From an uncultured bacterium (lineage in GTDB: Bacteria > Verrucomicrobiota > Verrucomicrobiia > Verrucomicrobiales > Verrucomicrobiaceae), in contig CBINON010000023.1 of assembly GCA_966252325.1 (NCBI GenBank), positions 878 through 64,877 on the forward strand: a stretch of 64,000 nucleotides of DNA, written 5' to 3'. This document shows, in pieces, positions 38,218-49,012 of the stretch. The translations under genes and the position numbers were made by a program. How positions within the stretch are numbered: position 1 is the stretch's first letter; each line of letters begins with the position of its first letter. Below the pieces are notes generated by a model that saw nothing but the letters and a program-made list of their open reading frames with translations, was not told the origin of the DNA and did not search any database.

Positions 38218-41200
38218 ATGAAAACGCCGCTCCTCTATCTTCTGCTTCTCGGAGCCGCGCCACTCAGCGCCCAATTCACCGGCAGCGACGACTTCGCCAG
38301 CGAGACCAAGAACGCCACCAAGTGGGGCGCGGACATCTCCGGCGGCTCCGGCCAACTGACCCAGGCGGGTGGCTTCGTGCGCTACACCAGCGCGGGCCTG
38401 ACGGACGACGACTTCATGGCCTGGCCCTGGATCGTCGGCACCGGGCCGCTCGATCAAAACTGGAGCATCCAGGCGGATGTGCATGTGCCCATCATTGCCC
38501 TGCCCGAAGGCTTCGCCGCCGCCGGCATCGGCATCGGCGTGCGCAACAGCAACAATCCCGACGACACCTTCACCCTCGCGCTCGAAAACGAACGATCGCC
38601 CGGCCAGGCCCAGCAGTTCAACTACTTCAATGGCATCGACATCGGCGGCGACGGCAACGAAACCAACCATCCCGCATCCGGTCAGGACGGCGCAGTGCGC
38701 ATCTCCTGGAATGCCGCCACCCGCACGCTGACCGCCGAATTCGACGCCGATGGCGCCGTCAACGGTTACCAATGGATCCCCTTCAACAGCTTCAACCCCT
38801 TTTCCGGCGGCTGGCTCATGGGGCCCGAAACCCAGCTGGAGATCTTCCTCCTGGGGGCCTCGGAAAACATTGCGGTCACCGAAGACGACAACGTCCACGC
38901 CGACAACTTTGCGGTGGCACTGACCACGCCAGCCAACCTGTTCGGCGCCGACAACTTCAACGACGACGCGCGCGATCCCACGAAGTGGGGGACGAACGAC
39001 GCGCAAAACACCGGCCTGTTGAACGAAGTCAGCGGCCGCCTCGAGTACACGGGACAGGCTGACATCGAACCCTTCGGCTACGCCGAACGGCCGTGGATCC
39101 TCAACACCGGCAGCTACACCGAGGATTGGGAGGCGCGCGTGGACGTGCATGTGGACGCCATCCCCATGGGCGTTGCGGGCGACCGCACCCAGATGGTGCT
39201 GGCGGTCTACGGCAACGACCACACCGGCGAAATCCAGCTTGAGCTTGAGCACGACGGTGCGAACCCACAGCGACGCTTCCGCTCCACCACGGACGGGGAC
39301 ATCGGCGAAACCACGGCCAACACCACCACGACCGACGGCGCCCTGCGCATCAGCTTCAACGCCGCGCAGAAGGTGCTGACCTTCGCCTATGATGCCAATG
39401 GACCGGTCGGCGGCTACTCCTGGACGACGCTGAAGACCCTCGACGTCGATGCGCCCGCCAGCGACTGGCTGATGGCTGAGACCTCGCGCTTCAGTCTGGC
39501 CATCTTTGGCGAGCATGAGGGTGTCACCGTGGAACCCGGCGAGGCCTGGGCCGACAACTTCGAGGCGACCAGCGCCCTGCCCTCCGTCGTTGCCGGCACG
39601 CCGACCGGCACGGAGAATTTTGCCGGCGCCGCCAAGGACGGCAGCAAGTGGGGCGCCAATCTCAAGTCCGGCGCCGGCCAACTCACCCAGACGGGCGGCG
39701 TGCTGCAGTACACCAGCACCGCCACCTCGGAGGATGACTTCATGGCCTGGCCCTGGCTGGTCAGTGCGCCGTTCGCGAGCGACTGGAGCGTGCAGACCGA
39801 TGTGCACCTGCCCTGGATCCCGCTGGCCGACGACTTCACCGCCGTCGGGGTCGGCCTCTTCGTCAGCCACAGCGCCGACATGGACGACAACTTCAGCGCC
39901 ATGCTGGAAAACTACCGCTACCCGGGTGCGCCGCAGAGCTTCCACTTCTTCAATGAGGAAAGCATCAACGACGAGGGCGATGAAACCTTTGTCGACGCCC
40001 CCTCCAGCCATGCCGCCGTGCGCGTCAGCTGGGATGCCGCCAGCCAGACCCTGTCGGCCGCCTACGATCCGGACGGCCGCCTCAACGGCTACACCTGGAC
40101 CGTGTTCCGCACCTTCAATCCGGTCACCCAGGGCTGGGGCATGACGGGCACCGGCAGCTTCAAGATCCATCTGGGCGCCTACTCCGAAACGACGGCGGTC
40201 ACCGCGGCGCACGGCGTGCATGCCGACAACTTCCGCACCTTTGGCCTGCCGGGCAACCCGATTGCCCCGGTGGTAAAAACCCTGGCCGCGACCGGCATTG
40301 GCTTCGACGGCGCCACCCTCAATGGCTCGGTCGACGCCAAGGGGTCGGAGCGCGACGTCTTCTTTGACTATGGCACAACAACCGCCTTCGGCATGAGCGT
40401 GCCAGCGCTGCCCGCCAGCGTCGACGGTGGCGGTGCACAGTCGGTCTCGGCCGTGATCGGCGGCCTGCTGCCGCACACGAAGTACTTCTTCCGCACCCGC
40501 GCCGAGGGCCTGCTGGGTACCGCCAGCGCCACCCCCCTGTCTTTCACCACGGCCAATCGCAACCCCACCGGCAGCAACGACAGTTTCACCGTGCTGCCCG
40601 GCAGTGTCGTCGTGCTCAACGTGCTCGACAACGATGTCGATCCCGACGGCGATCCCCTCGCCCTCACCTCCGTCACCGCCCCCGCGGCCGGCGCCAAGGT
40701 CAAGAAGACCGGCAACACGGTCCTGCTTACCACCGCGGCCGGCTTCAACGCCCCCAACGGCTTCACCTACAAACTCGCCGACGCCTTTGGCGGCAGCGCT
40801 CAGGCCAGCGTCGCCCTCGTGCCCGGCACGCTGGAACTGGATCTGGCGACCCAGGATGACCTCACCTCCGCGGGCGGCAGCTACGACGTCGTGGTGACCG
40901 CCAACGGCCTTTGGTCGGTGGCCGCACCCGCCTGGGTGCGCGCCGAACCGGCCGCCGGCAACGGCAGCACCACGGTAACGCTCTCGGTCCAGCCGAACAC
41001 CGGCACCAAGCCACGCACCGGCACCGTCTTCATTGGCGGCGTCGCCCACACGGTCACTCAAGCCGGGGTGCTTAAGCCAGCGCTTGCCATGCCCGCGGAT
41101 GTCCCGGGGGGCATCGTCAGCGGCAACTACGATCTGCTCATTCCGGTCGAGAATCTGCCGGTGGTGTTCTCCATCAAAAACCTGCCGCCCGGCCTGACCG

Positions 41201-42465
41201 CCAACGGTGCCACCGGCTCGATCACCGGCAAACCGCTCAAGGCAGGCGACTACAACGTCGAAATCCGCGCCAAAAACGCCGCCGGCAGCGCCGACGAGGT
41301 GCTCACCTTCGACATCTACGTCGCCGCGCTTGACGAAGGCCTGGTCGGCCTCTTCCACGGCTTGGTCGATCCGCATGCCGACCACAACGGCAAGCTCGGT
41401 TCGCGCCTCGAACTCACGGTGGCCAGCACGGGCGCTGTTTCAGGCAAGGCCGTCACTGGCACGGTCGCCAGCCCCTTCAAGGGCCAACTGGACGCCTCTG
41501 CCAACGACCCCGAACACCCCGTCTGCCGCCTGAGCGTGCCACGCAAGGGCCTGCCGCCCCTGCAGGTGGAAGTGCAGTTCGATGCCACTGAAGGCACCCT
41601 CGCCGGCAACGTCTACGAAGACGACCCCGGGGAGAACGCCGCCGTTGAGGCCTGGCGCAACCCTTGGAAAAAGCTCGGCCCGACACCGTCCGATGCCGGT
41701 TTCGCCGGCCCGCACAGCTTCCGCCTCATCCAGAACGATGCCGATCCCGGCCTGCCGCAGGGCGATGGCTTTGGCAGCTTCACGGTCTCGACCGCCAATG
41801 GCAGCCTCAGCCTCGCCGGCAAGACCGGGGACGGCGCGGCCTTTGTCGGCAAGACCTTCATCGGCCAGGAGGGCCAGGTGCTGCTGTATCAGGCACTCTA
41901 TGCCAAGCGCGGCTCGCTGGCCGGCGTGCTGCAGGTCAATGCCGGGGCCACCCCTGCCGACAACACCGTTGGCGGCGACGCCCGCTGGTTCAAGCCCGAT
42001 GGCGGCGAGGCCAGCAAGGACACCCTCTATCCGCGAGGCTTGGATCTGACCCTTGATGTCGACGGCGGCGGTTACCCGCTGCTTGAAAAGGGCGACCTCG
42101 TGATGGGCCTCACCCCAGGCAACAACAATGCGCTGCTTGAGTTCAGTGCCGGCGGCCTCGATGGCGACGGCTTCGACCAACTCTTCACCGTGGTCAATCC
42201 AAGTGCCACCGGGATCACCAACAAGGCCGTCATCGTCAAGGATGCCGGCGCCAATCCGAACCGGGTCAAGGTGGCGAAGTTCGACGCCAAAACCGGCGCC
42301 CTCGCCGGTGAATTCTGGATCGGCGCCCGCAAGGCCCCCTGGTTCGGCCAACTCGTCCAGAGTGGCGGCGAGGTCCGCGGCCACGGTTTCTTCGTGCTGC
42401 CGGAAACCGCCGGCAGCGGTGCCCAGCGTCTGTCCGGCCGACTGTTCCTGACGGCACCCGAGTGA
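38218..42465 (+). CDS. 1415-aa secreted multi-domain protein: 3 tandem ~205-aa unassigned (jelly-roll/lectin-like?) domains, FN3-like, cadherin-like, BACON-like and He_PIG-like Ig domains, and a ~380-aa unknown C-terminal region
   Basis: Signal peptide MKTPLLYLLLLGAAPLSAQ (ATG 38218; the track uses TTG 38200). Three internal repeats each start D(N)F...KWG and end (H/W)ADNF: 38287-38910, 38947-39561 and 39612-40233. They are followed by ATLNGSVDAKGSERDVFFDYGTTTAFG (FN3-like), VLDNDVDPDGDPL (cadherin/VCBS-like), GGSYDVVVTANGLWSVAAPAWV (BACON-like) and NLPPGLTANGATGSITGKP (He_PIG-like). Confidence 0.85.
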   Translation: MKTPLLYLLLLGAAPLSAQFTGSDDFASETKNATKWGADISGGSGQLTQAGGFVRYTSAGLTDDDFMAWPWIVGTGPLDQNWSIQADVHVPIIALPEGFAAAGIGIGVRNSNNPDDTFTLALENERSPGQAQQFNYFNGIDIGGDGNETNHPASGQDGAVRISWNAATRTLTAEFDADGAVNGYQWIPFNSFNPFSGGWLMGPETQLEIFLLGASENIAVTEDDNVHADNFAVALTTPANLFGADNFNDDARDPTKWGTNDAQNTGLLNEVSGRLEYTGQADIEPFGYAERPWILNTGSYTEDWEARVDVHVDAIPMGVAGDRTQMVLAVYGNDHTGEIQLELEHDGANPQRRFRSTTDGDIGETTANTTTTDGALRISFNAAQKVLTFAYDANGPVGGYSWTTLKTLDVDAPASDWLMAETSRFSLAIFGEHEGVTVEPGEAWADNFEATSALPSVVAGTPTGTENFAGAAKDGSKWGANLKSGAGQLTQTGGVLQYTSTATSEDDFMAWPWLVSAPFASDWSVQTDVHLPWIPLADDFTAVGVGLFVSHSADMDDNFSAMLENYRYPGAPQSFHFFNEESINDEGDETFVDAPSSHAAVRVSWDAASQTLSAAYDPDGRLNGYTWTVFRTFNPVTQGWGMTGTGSFKIHLGAYSETTAVTAAHGVHADNFRTFGLPGNPIAPVVKTLAATGIGFDGATLNGSVDAKGSERDVFFDYGTTTAFGMSVPALPASVDGGGAQSVSAVIGGLLPHTKYFFRTRAEGLLGTASATPLSFTTANRNPTGSNDSFTVLPGSVVVLNVLDNDVDPDGDPLALTSVTAPAAGAKVKKTGNTVLLTTAAGFNAPNGFTYKLADAFGGSAQASVALVPGTLELDLATQDDLTSAGGSYDVVVTANGLWSVAAPAWVRAEPAAGNGSTTVTLSVQPNTGTKPRTGTVFIGGVAHTVTQAGVLKPALAMPADVPGGIVSGNYDLLIPVENLPVVFSIKNLPPGLTANGATGSITGKPLKAGDYNVEIRAKNAAGSADEVLTFDIYVAALDEGLVGLFHGLVDPHADHNGKLGSRLELTVASTGAVSGKAVTGTVASPFKGQLDASANDPEHPVCRLSVPRKGLPPLQVEVQFDATEGTLAGNVYEDDPGENAAVEAWRNPWKKLGPTPSDAGFAGPHSFRLIQNDADPGLPQGDGFGSFTVSTANGSLSLAGKTGDGAAFVGKTFIGQEGQVLLYQALYAKRGSLAGVLQVNAGATPADNTVGGDARWFKPDGGEASKDTLYPRGLDLTLDVDGGGYPLLEKGDLVMGLTPGNNNALLEFSAGGLDGDGFDQLFTVVNPSATGITNKAVIVKDAGANPNRVKVAKFDAKTGALAGEFWIGARKAPWFGQLVQSGGEVRGHGFFVLPETAGSGAQRLSGRLFLTAPE

Positions 42466-42630
42466 TCCCCTGCCGGGGCGCGCGGTTCCGTCCGTAGCGC
42501 ACCGCCTCCTGCGGGCTCCGCCGACTCCCACCGGCGACCTTGCACGGAGCGGCCGCTGCGGGCGGGACCCCGCGCCCCGCAGGCCAGATTCCCGGTGAGA
42601 TCGCCGGCCGGCCGGCGTTTTCTCCGCACC

Positions 42631-43578
42631 ATGCGCCTGCTGCCCGTCCTGCTTCTGCTGCTCGCTGGCTGCGATCGGCCGCCGCCCAGGCCGGAGGCGC
42701 CGCGCGGCGTCATCGGGGTCTCGCTGCTCACCCTCGACAACCCCTTCTTCAAGGTGATCGGCGACAGCCTCAGCGCCGAGGCCGCCAGGCACGGCTTCGA
42801 CACCCTCGTGGTGAGCGGCGACAAGGACGTCGCCAAGCAGGGCAACCAGATCAAGGACTTCATCGTCCGCGATGTCGCCGCCATCGTGCTCAGCCCCTGC
42901 GATTCGAAATCGGTCGTGCCGGTGATCCGCGAAGCCAACGCCGCCGGCATCCCGGTGCTGACCGTCGACGTGCCCTGCCATGAGCCCGGCGTGACCCTGG
43001 TGACGCAGATCGCCACCGACAACCTCGGCGGCGGGCGCGAGGCCGGCCGGGCCATGATCGAAGCCCTCGGCGCCCGCGGCGGCAAGGTGGCGGTGCTGCA
43101 CCTCAAGCAGGTCGAATCCTGCCAGTTGCGCGTGCGCGGCTTCCGCGAAGTGATCGAGGCCCACAACGCCGCGGGCGGCCCGCGCATCGACATCGTCGCC
43201 GAACTCGAAAGCGGCGGCGCCAAAGACCTCGGCTACAAGGCGGCCGAGGACACCCTGCAGGCCCACCCCGACCTGCGCGGCCTCTTCGCCATCAACGATC
43301 CGGCGGCGCTCGGGGCGCGCGCCGCCCTGGAAAAGGCCGGCCGGGAAAAGCAGGTGGTGATCATCGGTTTCGACGGCCAACCCGAGGGCCGACAGGCCAT
43401 CCTCGACGGCCGTTTGTATGCCGATCCCGTGCAGTTTCCCGACAAGATGGGGGTGCAGGCCGTGCAGGCGATCCTGAACTGGTCGCGCGGCCTGCCCGTG
43501 CCGGAACAGATCCTGATTCCAACCGAGCTGTACCGACAGGCCGACGCCCGGCGCGACCCGACGCTGACCCCGCCATGA
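42631..43578 (+). CDS. sugar ABC transporter substrate-binding lipoprotein (RbsB-like, PBP type I)
   Basis: MRLLPVLLLLLAGC lipobox, then IGVSLLTLDNPFFKVIGD, DFIVRDVAAIVLSP and GLFAINDPAALGA blocks of ribose/galactose-type binding proteins. Confidence 0.85.
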   Translation: MRLLPVLLLLLAGCDRPPPRPEAPRGVIGVSLLTLDNPFFKVIGDSLSAEAARHGFDTLVVSGDKDVAKQGNQIKDFIVRDVAAIVLSPCDSKSVVPVIREANAAGIPVLTVDVPCHEPGVTLVTQIATDNLGGGREAGRAMIEALGARGGKVAVLHLKQVESCQLRVRGFREVIEAHNAAGGPRIDIVAELESGGAKDLGYKAAEDTLQAHPDLRGLFAINDPAALGARAALEKAGREKQVVIIGFDGQPEGRQAILDGRLYADPVQFPDKMGVQAVQAILNWSRGLPVPEQILIPTELYRQADARRDPTLTPP

Positions 43579-44870
43579 AACGGCTCCCTTCCGAAACCGG
43601 CATGCTGGTCGTGCTGGCGGCACTGGCCGCCCTCTTCAGCGCGCTGACCCTGCGCGAGCAACCGCTTGAGGGCGAAGCCGCGCTGGCCCAACTCGCCGGC
43701 GCGGCAAGCGCGGGCCAGACCACCTTGATTGCCATGCGCGCCAGTCCCGGCGAAACCGAACTGGCCGAAGCCCTGTCAGTGCGCTGGCGCAACGTGGGTG
43801 TGCGGGTCGCAGCCGTGGTGCAAGGCGAACCCGCGGCCGTGCGCGCCGCACTCGACCAACTGCAGGCCGAGGGCACCCGGCTCGACCTCGTCGCCTGTTC
43901 GCCCGCCACTGCGCGCTGGCTCGTGATCGAGGAACTCACCCGCAGCTTCCCGAAACTCGCCGCGCCGCGCGTGGTGCAGCCGCAGAGCCGGCACTGGCCG
44001 GACTTCCTCAAGGCCGACAACCTGCTCAACATCGCCAACCAGATCAGCGTCATCGCCATCCTGGCGGTCGGCATGACCCTGGTCATTCTCACCGGCGGCA
44101 TCGACCTCTCGGTCGGCAGCCTGCTGGCCCTGGCGGCGGTCGGCAGCACCTGGCTGGTGCGCGAAGCCTTTGGCGGCCCCGATGCCGGTGCGGCCGGCAT
44201 GACCCTGGCCGGCCTGGTCGCCGTGCTGCTCTGCGGCGGCGTCGGTGCCTGCAACGGCCTGATGGTGACCCGCTTCGACATCCCGCCCTTCATCGCCACC
44301 CTGGCCGTCATGCTGGTGGCCAGCGGCCTGGCCTTCACCCTCGCCGAAGGACAGTCGATCTACCAGCTGCCCGAGTCCTTCGTCTGGCTCGGCCGCGGCA
44401 CCGGCCTGTTTGGCCTGCCCAACGCCGTGCTTCTCACCGCCGGCCTGTTTGTGACCGCCCACCTGCTGCTCGCCCACACCCGCCTCGGCCGGCACCTCTA
44501 TGCCGTCGGCGGCAACCGCGAGGCCGCCCTGGTCTCGGGCGTGCCGGTCGACCGCGTGCTGCGCTTTGCCTACGCCGCCAGCGGCCTGCTCGCCGGCCTC
44601 GGCGGCGTGGTCATGGCCTCCCAGTTGAAAAGCGGTTCACCCACCTACGGCGGCATGTACGAACTCTATGTCATCGCCGCGGTCGTGGTCGGTGGCGCCA
44701 GCCTGAATGGCGGTCGCGGCAGCATGGCCGGCACGCTCACCGGCGCCCTCATCATCGCCGTGATCCAGAACGGCATGAACCTGACCAACGTCGAGAGCTA
44801 CACCCAGAAGGTCGTGCTCGGCCTGGTCATCCTCGGCGCCGTGCTGGCGGATCGCTGGCGCCGGCGCTGA
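43575..44870 (+). CDS. sugar ABC transporter permease (RbsC/AraH-like) with ~125-aa insertion after TM1
   Basis: ATGA overlap with the binding-protein gene. The C-terminal 300 aa have the typical branched-sugar permease core (NIANQISVIAILAVGMTLVILTGGIDLSVGS...GGASLNGGRGS). Residues ~25-150 are a soluble Ala/Leu-rich insert not expected in RbsC. Confidence 0.85.
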   Translation: MKRLPSETGMLVVLAALAALFSALTLREQPLEGEAALAQLAGAASAGQTTLIAMRASPGETELAEALSVRWRNVGVRVAAVVQGEPAAVRAALDQLQAEGTRLDLVACSPATARWLVIEELTRSFPKLAAPRVVQPQSRHWPDFLKADNLLNIANQISVIAILAVGMTLVILTGGIDLSVGSLLALAAVGSTWLVREAFGGPDAGAAGMTLAGLVAVLLCGGVGACNGLMVTRFDIPPFIATLAVMLVASGLAFTLAEGQSIYQLPESFVWLGRGTGLFGLPNAVLLTAGLFVTAHLLLAHTRLGRHLYAVGGNREAALVSGVPVDRVLRFAYAASGLLAGLGGVVMASQLKSGSPTYGGMYELYVIAAVVVGGASLNGGRGSMAGTLTGALIIAVIQNGMNLTNVESYTQKVVLGLVILGAVLADRWRRR

Positions 44871-44933
44871 CGCCTTTTCGCGCTGGAAATGCCCGGCGAC
44901 CGCCGCTTAGTTGCCGTTTCACCCGTCCCGACC

Positions 44934-47123
44934 ATGGCCACCGAGAAAACCGCGTCCCTCAAAGACCTCCTCCTTGTGGGTGAGGAAAACCTGCCCGCCA
45001 CCGGCGGCTACCTGCTGCTGCCGGGACGCATGGATCTCGCCGGGGTACAGCGCCTTGAGCAGGCCCTGCAGGGTCGGAAGATCCTCTACCTCATCGAGCA
45101 GGGTGGCACCCTGTCCGAGCCGCTGCGCGCCCACCTCGAACAACCGCAGGTTCACGCCCTGGCGATCTCGCCGGACTGCAGCGATGCCGCCAGCTTCCGC
45201 CGCGCCCTCGCCGCCGAGATCGGCGAGGACACGGTCGCCGTCTTCCTGCCGGCCGAGGCCGCCTGCCTGGGCGCGCCCCTGACCACCGTGCCCGGCGTGC
45301 GCCTCGATTTCCTGGTCAAGAGCGGTTTCCCGGTCCTGCCCGCCTACCTGCTGCACTGGCGCGAGGTGATGCCGGACATCGGCCCGCGCCCGACCGAGGA
45401 CGCCGGCCTCCTGGCCCTCGGCCAGCTCATCCCGGAGGAGGACCTCAGCCTGTCGGTCTACCAGGAGCGGCTGTTCGAACTGTCCGAGGCCTGCTTCAAC
45501 CGCCATCCTCTGCTCGGGCTCAACCTTGCCTACGCCCTGCTGCTCGGCTTCAAGCGCCACGGCCGCAGCAACACGCTCATCGACGGCAAAGACGAGAAGC
45601 CCTACAGCTATGAGCTTGTCCTCGCCATGGCCATCGCCCTGTCCAAGGTGATCCGCGCGCAAACCCGGCAGGCGCGCGTCGGCATCGTCCTGCCCCCCGG
45701 CCTTGGCGGCCTGGTCGCCAACGTCGCCGTGCTGCTCGCCGGCAAGATCCCGGTCAACCTCAACTTCACCGCCGGCCGCGCCGCCGTCGAGCACGCCATC
45801 AAGGCCTCGGGCATCGACAAGCTCATCACGGCCGACATCGTCGTCCGCAAGATGCAGGCCTTCCCCTGGCCGCCGACCCGACAGCTCCTGCTCATCGAGC
45901 GCGTGCTGCCAGGCCTGAAAACAAAAATCGGGATCTGGCTGGCCCTGTCGCGCCTGCTGCCCGCGCCCGTGCTCGCCGCCGTGCTCGGTGTGCCGCGCAA
46001 GGGCGGCGACCGCGAGGCGCTGCTGCTGTTCACCAGCGGCAGTTCCGGCCATCCCAAGGGCGTTGTCCTGACCCATCGCAACCTGCTCGCCAACGTCATC
46101 CAGTTTGGCTCCCGCCTCGCCCTCGGCCGCGGCGATTCCATCCTCGGCTGCCTGCCGCTCTTCCACAGCTTCGGCTGCACGGTGACCCTCTGGTACCCGG
46201 TCATCGCCGGTCTCGACCTCGTCACCTACCCGAGCCCGCTGGAAACGAAAAAGCTCGCCGAGCTCGTGGAAAGCCACCGCATCAGCCTGATGATCGCCAC
46301 GCCCACCTTCCTGCGCGGCTGGCTGCGTGGCGTGCCGCGCGAGGCCCTGGCCAGCCTGAAACTGGTCGTCACCGGCGCCGAAAAACTGCCGCCGAGCGTG
46401 GCGGAAGCCTTTGAGCAGCGCTTCGGCAAGCGCGTGTATGAGGGCTACGGCCTGACCGAAACCGCGCCCGTGTCGAACGTCAACCTGCCCGACCCGCTGC
46501 CGCTGGGCGACGACCGCGGCGGCCACGTCTGGCTGGCCAGCCATCGGCCGGGCAGCGTCGGCCAGCTCATGCCCGGCCTGGCCGTGCGCATCACCGAGCC
46601 CGAGAGCGGCCTGCCGCAGTCGCTGCATGAAACCGGCATGATCTGGTTCCGCGGCGCCAACGTCTTCCCCGGCTACCACGAGGACCCGAAGCGCAGCGCC
46701 GAGGTCATCGACACCGAGGGCTGGTTCCGCACCGGCGACCTCGGCCGCGTCGACATCGACGGCTTCCTGCACATCGAGGGCCGGCTCAGCCGCTTCTCGA
46801 AGATCGGCGGCGAGATGGTGCCGCATGAAACCGTCGAGGAAGCGCTCATCAAGGCGCTCGGCCTGGAGAACGAGGCCTATCGCCGGGTTGCTGTCGTCGG
46901 CGTGCCCGACCCCGACAAGGGCGAGGCCCTGGTCCTGCTCAGCAGCCTGCCCGGCGGCCCCGAGGCACAGGAGATCATCGAGCTGCGCTACCGCCTGCTC
47001 GACAAGGGCCTGCCCGCGCTCTGGATTCCCAAGCGCCTGATCCGCGTCGACGACATCCCCATCCTCTCCTCCGGCAAGCTCGACGTGCAGGCCTGCGAAA
47101 AGCTGGCACGCGGGGTAGCCTGA
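44934..47123 (+). CDS. AMP-binding (acyl-ACP/acyl-CoA synthetase-like, Aas-type) enzyme with ~230-aa unassigned N-terminal domain
   Basis: The adenylate-forming core has [20 protein letters not shown] (A3 motif), YEGYGLTET (A5) and FRTGDLG (A7/A8). The N-terminal 230 aa contain no H-x4-D acyltransferase motif. Confidence 0.85.
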   Translation: MATEKTASLKDLLLVGEENLPATGGYLLLPGRMDLAGVQRLEQALQGRKILYLIEQGGTLSEPLRAHLEQPQVHALAISPDCSDAASFRRALAAEIGEDTVAVFLPAEAACLGAPLTTVPGVRLDFLVKSGFPVLPAYLLHWREVMPDIGPRPTEDAGLLALGQLIPEEDLSLSVYQERLFELSEACFNRHPLLGLNLAYALLLGFKRHGRSNTLIDGKDEKPYSYELVLAMAIALSKVIRAQTRQARVGIVLPPGLGGLVANVAVLLAGKIPVNLNFTAGRAAVEHAIKASGIDKLITADIVVRKMQAFPWPPTRQLLLIERVLPGLKTKIGIWLALSRLLPAPVLAAVLGVPRKGGDREALLLFTSGSSGHPKGVVLTHRNLLANVIQFGSRLALGRGDSILGCLPLFHSFGCTVTLWYPVIAGLDLVTYPSPLETKKLAELVESHRISLMIATPTFLRGWLRGVPREALASLKLVVTGAEKLPPSVAEAFEQRFGKRVYEGYGLTETAPVSNVNLPDPLPLGDDRGGHVWLASHRPGSVGQLMPGLAVRITEPESGLPQSLHETGMIWFRGANVFPGYHEDPKRSAEVIDTEGWFRTGDLGRVDIDGFLHIEGRLSRFSKIGGEMVPHETVEEALIKALGLENEAYRRVAVVGVPDPDKGEALVLLSSLPGGPEAQEIIELRYRLLDKGLPALWIPKRLIRVDDIPILSSGKLDVQACEKLARGVA

Positions 47124-47151
47124 GCGGACTCGCAGCCCTTCCCGGCGCTTC

Positions 47152-47180
47152 TTGACCCGCGGTCCAAACGGGGTTAGGCT
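47152..47180 (+). promoter_or_regulatory. candidate sigma70-type promoter for lepA
   Basis: TTGACC (47152-47157), a 17-nt spacer, then TAGGCT (47175-47180), 17 nt upstream of the lepA ATG. Sequence match only. Confidence 0.3.
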
Positions 47181-47196
47181 GAACATCCCCCAACCG

Positions 47197-48993
<1,797 letters not shown>

Positions 48994-49012
48994 GCGGGCC
49001 GCCCTTGTGCGC

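Noticed and set aside
37738-41385. 1215-aa ORF on the minus strand, the second-longest ORF in the window
   Set aside because: It is entirely antisense to the 1415-aa secreted-protein gene. Its translation is Gly/Ala/Arg/Val/Asp low-complexity sequence with no motifs, and it runs across the intergenic region into the SMP-30/BNR gene in another frame. It is a typical open antisense frame produced by extreme GC3 bias.
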